Shown: positions 58,751 to 64,000 of the stretch, piece after piece
Layout of the letters: each line of letters begins with the position of its first letter
How positions within the stretch are numbered: the first letter of the stretch is position 1
Origin: Marsupella aquatica
Lineage: Eukaryota; Plantae; Marchantiophyta
Assembly: GCA_973895155.1 (NCBI GenBank)
Contig: OZ316899.1
Span: forward strand, 891,573 to 955,572
Length of the DNA: 64,000 nt
Direction of reading: 5' to 3'
The notes under the pieces: generated by a model
What the model was told of the DNA's origin: nothing
The model's database searches: none
Seen by the model: only the letters and a program-made list of their open reading frames with translations
Translations under genes and position numbers: made by a program

Positions 58751-61700
58751 TCACGACACCGGTGGTGGATCCTCAATGGACGCCCCCAACACTTCCTCCG
58801 CAGCCACTGCCGTTGGCCCGCCTACTGACAGATTACCTGCCCTTGACCGAGTCAACTCTCCCTCGGCCTGACTGGGTCCACCTTCGGCTTCAGCCTCGAC
58901 ACCGGCCTCGGCAATACCCACGGCTTCGGCCTCAGCCACTCTCACGGCTTCGGCTTCAGCCACTCCCTCGGCTTCGGCTTCCCCTTCCCCTAGGGTAGTT
59001 GGATCCTTAGCCGTGACCCTGTCTGGGGTCGGTGCTGGGTCTACCTCCTTGATCACCACGGCCTGTGAAGTCGTATTACTCCTTGACCCTGAAGGTTTCC
59101 GCTTCTTCTTCGTTGGTGGCTCGGCAGCTGGTCCCTTCCCCTTCCCACTTAATTCCGGCACTGGTGCAGGTGGCGCGGCTTGTCCTTCGGCAATTACCAC
59201 CCCTGGTAACTGGTTTGTCCCAACAGGAGATGGACCTGCTGCAGCTAAGCATTTAAATACTGCGGCTTGTTTCTTCAGCCGCTCTGTTTGGTTGTCGGCC
59301 CGCCGCTGTAGGTTCTCCATCTTCCTCGTGATTTCCTCCAACTCCTCTTGGGTTTCATCCAGGTCCTTACGTGACCCCTCCAGCTCGTTTTTGGCCTCCT
59401 CCTGCTCCCTGTGGGCTTCCTCCAATTCCTTCTTCAAGGTAGCCCTCTCCTCCTGGGTTGCTCTTAGCTCCTTGTCGAGCTCTGCAATGATGACAGACTC
59501 CATCTGGTTCATCTTGGCGTAAGTCTGTTCGAGCATCTCGTCCTTCTCCCTTAGGTCGGCCTTGAAGCTGGCCGTCAGGGATGCAAGCTCCTGCTGCAGC
59601 GCCATAATCCCTTGATAGGATTTCCCTAACTCGACCTCCTTCTGCTCAAGGGCTCCGCGGATTTTCTCGAGCTCCCCTTTCAACGCCCATTCCTTTCTTT
59701 GGGTCTCCGCCATGGCCCGGCTGTTGGCTGTTATGTGGGCCTCCTCTGTATTCTTCAGCTCTTGCTTCCACTTTTCCCTTTCTTTGATCGTGTCGGCCAA
59801 CTCTTCCTGCGTCTGAGTCAGTTTATCCTTGATATTCTGATTATCAGCCTGCGCGGCGTCCAACTGCCCCTGCATGATGTTCAGCTCATGTCGTTTAATC
59901 CGCAGTTCATCTTGGGCTTTCTTGGCCGCCCTTAGATCTTCAATCTCGGCTTCCATCCTCCTAAGCCGCCGAATGACCTCGTCCTTCTTGCTTCTCTCTA
60001 AAGCCACCGCTTCTTCTAATTGGTGCTTCTCCAACTGCTCCCTATGGAAAAAGGGTCCTACCTCCAACTCCTCTCCAAAGATGCCGAGCGCAAGTTCCCC
60101 ACACATCTCACCATACTCCATGGCTCTATTCTTAGCGTAGGTGGAGTAAGTAGAAGTGATCGGCATCGCCCATCGTGGCCTCTGCTCCCAAGCCGTCCTG
60201 CGGATCTCTTCAATCGTGGCTAGAGGTTTGCTTCCTTTTTCGGCTAGCCGCCTGATGTCCTCCGGCCAATCTCCTCCTGGTAAATCCTTTTCCTTAGCCA
60301 GGGCGGCCTCTTCCTCCTGCTTGATTCGCTCCTGAAATTCCTGCACCGTCTGTTTTATGCCGTCGAAGCTCGGGGGAGCAACATCTGGTGGGGGAGACTC
60401 AGGGCTACTCTGCTGGTTGGGGTCCCCTCGCACTACCCTTGGAAGTGTGGGGACAAACCGGCCACAGGTCCTTACTCCTGGAACGTGATGGTCCGACCCA
60501 TAGCCGGAATTATCATGGCTGCAGTCCTCCACTGCCTCCTCTACCTCTTGGATTTCCGGCTTCTCCCTCTCCTCTTCCTCGGTAGGAGCTTCGGGCAATT
60601 CTGCCTCAGATTCGGAGCTTGAGGTTCCCACGTACATTCGAACACCTGGCTTGGATCCCGGCCTGATTCTCTCGTCTCCAGCAAAGGGGTTTTCTCTTGT
60701 GAGCCGGTGTAGGCCTACCTCTGTAGTAGTGTCCTGCATGGTTGCCGTTGCCGTTGTTGTTGCCGATGCCGATTTCTTTTCTTTCTCCAGTAGTTTCAGC
60801 AGACTCTGCATGCCTGGTTGCTGCATCGGCAAGTCTTCCTTCCTGGGCCTAAACACCTGCTCGATCGTAGGACTAACAGGTGGTTGAGGCTTCTCAGCCA
60901 ACGGCCTCGGCGTTGGAGCTTCCTCGGGTGCCCTTACCTGCAGGGGAAGTACCGGGGCAAAAGTCTGACCTCTGGCATACCGGCACAACAGCGGCATGTG
61001 ATAGCCAAGCCGCGACACGCTCCCCATGCCGATTACCTGCTGCTCCTCCTTTAAGATCTTCTTCAATTGGTTGAGGAGGTACCCGTTGTAGTCCCGGCTT
61101 GGGTCTGGCCTTTCTGCCAGATAGACCTGTGCCTTGCCGATCTCTGCCCTCGGCAAGTTACAATGCATGGTCACCCGCAAGAAGTTGATCATCTCTCCTA
61201 TGTGCGGGTTGGTGCAGGTGTTCCGGAAGAAGCCATTCTTCGTTGATGGCCCGGGGAACGACCGGAACTCCTTGTCAGGCAAGGTCTTCCTGGTATCAAC
61301 TTTGGTCTTATTGCCCATCGGCAAGCCAAACACTTCGGCAATCACCTTGGGAGTAAGATAGAAATCCTTCCCATATATCCTCGTGCAATTGGTCTCGGGT
61401 TCCCATGACCCCACGAATTCTAATAGGTCTGACTCCGGTACCTCCGGCTTCAGCCATGGTAATCTTACAAAGGCCTCCAAGCCGGATCCGGCCATGAAGC
61501 CTTGGTACTTCTTGGTCTGCATGGCCGTAAAGCATGCATCCTCCTCCCGTGCAAAATGTAGTTGCACCTCCACCGGTAGGGTTGCCGCCCAGCCCTTCCA
61601 GGTGTCATCCCTGGTTGGAATGGCCTTGATGGGATCGACCTCCTCCTCTTCGGCTTCTCCCTGCCTCCTGCTCTGCTGCTCGGCTGGTTTCTTTGGTGCC

Positions 61701-62113
61701 GTCGACCTCGTTCTTTTTGCCGGGGTGGCTTCATCGTTGACGGCTCCCTTCCTCTTCATCTCTGCTGCCGTGGAGGTTTCTCCTAGCACCGTTGCCTGGG
61801 TCCACCTTTCCGTGCTACCCTTTAATTCCCAGTGTATGTCGTTGCAGTTCTTGATGGCCTCTCGGATGCCGACGACGCTGTCCTTGCAAAACAGAAGATC
61901 GTCGAGTTGATTGGAAGTAGGCGTCCACAGGAACTCGTCCTTGATGAGTTCGCCTCCTAAGAAAGCCGTCTTCTGCAGCTCCCACAATCGAGCGAGCTCC
62001 TGCCGTTCTCGAGCTGCCCTTTCTGACTCCTCGTCCTCGTAAGTCTTGATGTACTCAGTTGCCCGTTCGAACAGGCATCCCCAGAAATGTGCCGCTTGAT
62101 TGACGTTGCTCAT
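58751..62113 (-). CDS. Intact LTR-encoded protein (1120 aa from ATG 62113; open frame from 62410): N-terminal helical region, PMD-like core, second conserved block, long coiled coil, AE-repeat tail
   Basis: Uninterrupted 1219-codon frame wholly inside the LTR; M[SN]xVNQA..FW start shared with the solo-LTR homologue. Confidence 0.9.
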   Translation of the reverse strand: MSNVNQAAHFWGCLFERATEYIKTYEDEESERAARERQELARLWELQKTAFLGGELIKDEFLWTPTSNQLDDLLFCKDSVVGIREAIKNCNDIHWELKGSTERWTQATVLGETSTAAEMKRKGAVNDEATPAKRTRSTAPKKPAEQQSRRQGEAEEEEVDPIKAIPTRDDTWKGWAATLPVEVQLHFAREEDACFTAMQTKKYQGFMAGSGLEAFVRLPWLKPEVPESDLLEFVGSWEPETNCTRIYGKDFYLTPKVIAEVFGLPMGNKTKVDTRKTLPDKEFRSFPGPSTKNGFFRNTCTNPHIGEMINFLRVTMHCNLPRAEIGKAQVYLAERPDPSRDYNGYLLNQLKKILKEEQQVIGMGSVSRLGYHMPLLCRYARGQTFAPVLPLQVRAPEEAPTPRPLAEKPQPPVSPTIEQVFRPRKEDLPMQQPGMQSLLKLLEKEKKSASATTTATATMQDTTTEVGLHRLTRENPFAGDERIRPGSKPGVRMYVGTSSSESEAELPEAPTEEEEREKPEIQEVEEAVEDCSHDNSGYGSDHHVPGVRTCGRFVPTLPRVVRGDPNQQSSPESPPPDVAPPSFDGIKQTVQEFQERIKQEEEAALAKEKDLPGGDWPEDIRRLAEKGSKPLATIEEIRRTAWEQRPRWAMPITSTYSTYAKNRAMEYGEMCGELALGIFGEELEVGPFFHREQLEKHQLEEAVALERSKKDEVIRRLRRMEAEIEDLRAAKKAQDELRIKRHELNIMQGQLDAAQADNQNIKDKLTQTQEELADTIKEREKWKQELKNTEEAHITANSRAMAETQRKEWALKGELEKIRGALEQKEVELGKSYQGIMALQQELASLTASFKADLREKDEMLEQTYAKMNQMESVIIAELDKELRATQEERATLKKELEEAHREQEEAKNELEGSRKDLDETQEELEEITRKMENLQRRADNQTERLKKQAAVFKCLAAAGPSPVGTNQLPGVVIAEGQAAPPAPVPELSGKGKGPAAEPPTKKKRKPSGSRSNTTSQAVVIKEVDPAPTPDRVTAKDPTTLGEGEAEAEGVAEAEAVRVAEAEAVGIAEAGVEAEAEGGPSQAEGELTRSRAGNLSVGGPTAVAAEEVLGASIEDPPPVS

Positions 62114-62386
62114 ACCCTCCTTAGGTTGATCGTCGGTATCTACTCTCTCCCCGAGTGCTTGCCTAAGCAGCTGACAGTAGTTGGCCTCCCGTAGTCGTCT
62201 GCCTAGTTCGTGCTCGCAAATGAGCCACCATCTCCTGCAAGCGCTCCTTACCCCTCTCCTCTGCCGGTCCTTCTTCCCGTTAATCCTTCCTAGCCGCCGA
62301 CGCTTAACGCGCCATAACCCTAATCGGGTTTTCACCCTCAGCCTTACCTCCGGCCTCTGCCCGGGTTCCATGGTTGCCCCTAATTG

Positions 62387-62392
62387 TTTATA
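62387..62392 (-). promoter_or_regulatory. TATAAA near the F2 LTR tip (equivalent box at 36710..36715 in the solo LTR)
   Basis: 95 nt inside the LTR start, upstream of the LTR ORF; positionally shared by three LTR types. Confidence 0.55.
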
Positions 62393-62474
62393 TTTTCCTT
62401 GTTTTGTCACTATACTAAGGTGTTCCTAGGGTGCCTTCCTGCTTTACCCACTTAACCGGCCGAGTGATTCCTGT

Positions 62475-64000
62475 CTAGGCATCACATAGCTCCCCACTTA
62501 ATTGTGAAGCGTCCTCGCGAACAACTTCATCTTCGTCCATATAGTATTTCTTGAGGCGGTCATAATGGATGCGAACTGGATATACCTCTCCCGTAATGTT
62601 GGCCAATTGCACGGAGCCATTGGGGAACATCATGGTTACTCTAAAGGGTCCTAACCAGCGAGTGTAAAGCTTTCCTGGAAACCTACTATACCTACTGTCA
62701 TAAAGTAGCACAAGATCACCGGTATGAATACTAACTACTTTTAACCTTTTATCATACTGCTGCTTCATGATATTCTGTCTATATTCTACTCTCTCGGCTG
62801 AAATCATTCTCGCTTCCTCTAAAGCTTCTAACCTATATTCTCGCTCCTTTAGGCTCTCCTCCGCTGAGGCTCTTTCCTCAATTGTAACTTGAAATGTCGG
62901 TATCTCAAGTTGCATGGGTACCAGGGCTTCTTGTCCAAAGGTTAAGAAGAAGGGTGTATGACCGGTAGTGGATTTATAGGCAAGATTGTAAGCAAAAACA
63001 GCAGCAAACAATTTATCATCCCAATCGAGTTTGTTCTGAGCTACTGTTTTGTTCAATATCTTTCCTATGATTCCGTTTGCTCGTTCTGTCAACCCGTTTG
63101 CCTTTGGATGGTAGGGAGTAGTAGGCCTATGTTTAACTAAATACTGCTCATTTAAACGACTAATTATATCATTCAAAAAATGGGTTCCTCTATCACTAAC
63201 TAATTCTAGGGGTGCTCCATACCTGGTGAAGATCTGCTCATACATGAATCTAGCCGTAGTAATTGCATCATCCTTCGTTGTTGGTCTGGCCTCTACCCAT
63301 TTAGTTGCATAATCCGTAGCCAGGATTATGTACTTGTTCCGTCGAGGGTGGGTCAGTGGTTTCAGAGGTCCAATGTAATCAATACCCCACTTCTCGAATG
63401 GTGCCAGAGGTAGAATAGGGTGCAGTGGATGCCTGGTGGACGCCCTTGGTCCTCCCGCTCGTTGACAAGGATCGCATTGTTTGATAAACTGATAGACATC
63501 TTTGTGCAAGGTGGGCCACCAGTAACCGGCATTTAATATCTTCTTAGACGTGGTTACTGGGGCAAAATGTCCTCCGGCCTCCTCTCCATGCATGGCCCGT
63601 AGGACTCGTTTTACCTCTCTCTTCTCCAAACACCTTTGAATCGTGCCGTTGATTCCATGCTTGTGCAGTATGCCTTTAATGCACTGATACTGTCTGACCT
63701 TCCGCACAAAGACTGCGGCTTGCTCTCGGCTTAATCCTGGCTGTAATCTGGAAGTGCTGAGAAATTGTAAAATCTCAGGGTACCATGTACCAGCTATTTC
63801 CACAACGAATAGCTCCTCGTCGGGGAATCGATCATCGATGCAATCCGTGGCAGGTTTACCTGTGATCCTTGAAAAGAAGTCGGCATTGGCATGTAACTTT
63901 CCTGGCTTGATCCTCAGCTCATAGTCAAACTCCTGTAATAGCAAAATCCATCTTGCTACTCTGCCTGTAAGGTCCGGCTTATTGACTAGGTACTTCAAAC
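62475..64000 (-). CDS. F2 copy C pol, partial (end of RNase H plus integrase)
   Basis: KYLVNKPDLTGRVARWILLLQEFDY, GGH..CDPC, WGIDYIGP, SDRGTHF, ERANG; open to the window edge. Confidence 0.95.
   Translation of the reverse strand, partial: LKYLVNKPDLTGRVARWILLLQEFDYELRIKPGKLHANADFFSRITGKPATDCIDDRFPDEELFVVEIAGTWYPEILQFLSTSRLQPGLSREQAAVFVRKVRQYQCIKGILHKHGINGTIQRCLEKREVKRVLRAMHGEEAGGHFAPVTTSKKILNAGYWWPTLHKDVYQFIKQCDPCQRAGGPRASTRHPLHPILPLAPFEKWGIDYIGPLKPLTHPRRNKYIILATDYATKWVEARPTTKDDAITTARFMYEQIFTRYGAPLELVSDRGTHFLNDIISRLNEQYLVKHRPTTPYHPKANGLTERANGIIGKILNKTVAQNKLDWDDKLFAAVFAYNLAYKSTTGHTPFFLTFGQEALVPMQLEIPTFQVTIEERASAEESLKEREYRLEALEEARMISAERVEYRQNIMKQQYDKRLKVVSIHTGDLVLLYDSRYSRFPGKLYTRWLGPFRVTMMFPNGSVQLANITGEVYPVRIHYDRLKKYYMDEDEVVREDASQLSGELCDA

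Larger units (their letters stand above)
57830..62486 (-). repeat. F2 LTR copy C (4657 bp), 3' LTR of an element running beyond the window
   Basis: TGTGGTGC...GCATCACA termini; PPT at 62487..62501; integrase ORF adjacent. Confidence 0.95.

Noticed and set aside
62114-62410. 99-residue Arg-rich N-terminal extension of the LTR protein
   Set aside because: Starts at GTG upstream of the TATA box, is interrupted in copy A and is not conserved in the solo LTR; probably leader sequence
58751-62410. LTR ORF as an env-like gene
   Set aside because: No signal peptide or hydrophobic transmembrane stretch seen; charged coiled coil and NLS-like basic runs instead
38122-62429. Numerous plus-strand 60-200-aa ORFs recurring in each F2 LTR
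   Set aside because: Antisense shadows of the long minus-strand ORF; recurrence only reflects LTR duplication

Overview
Eukaryotic, land-plant (probably bryophyte-like, low confidence) repeat-rich DNA made almost entirely of nested transposons, with no intact ordinary host gene recognised. (1) 1..11399: a very young non-chromovirus Ty3/Gypsy element (family F1) with a single-ORF gag-pol, tRNA-Asp PBS and ~3.2-kb LTRs. It is inserted into a second LTR (F3, 11400..14184), which in turn sits in a CACTA element. (2) 14281..21813: CACTA TnpD pseudogene preceded head-to-tail by a tandem-BRCT gene, a stand-alone EDM2-type PHD-finger gene and a Cys-rich ORF; a captured RPL18a last exon follows. (3) 27134..29402: a divergent retroelement accessory-ORF relic. 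(4) 31952 onward: a second CACTA element (left TIR, phased ATCGGA arrays, TnpA-like gene) hit repeatedly by Gypsy family F2 and a relative. The standout is that F2-type LTRs are ~4.66 kb and each contains a complete ~1100-1200-aa gene (PMD-like core plus long coiled coil) with its own TATA box. This is supported by PPT/PBS/terminal-repeat/TSD boundaries and by a TSD-flanked solo LTR that still carries the gene. F2 also has a well-formed -1 frameshift signal between protease and RT. Domain names are from motif recognition only; no database searches were run.
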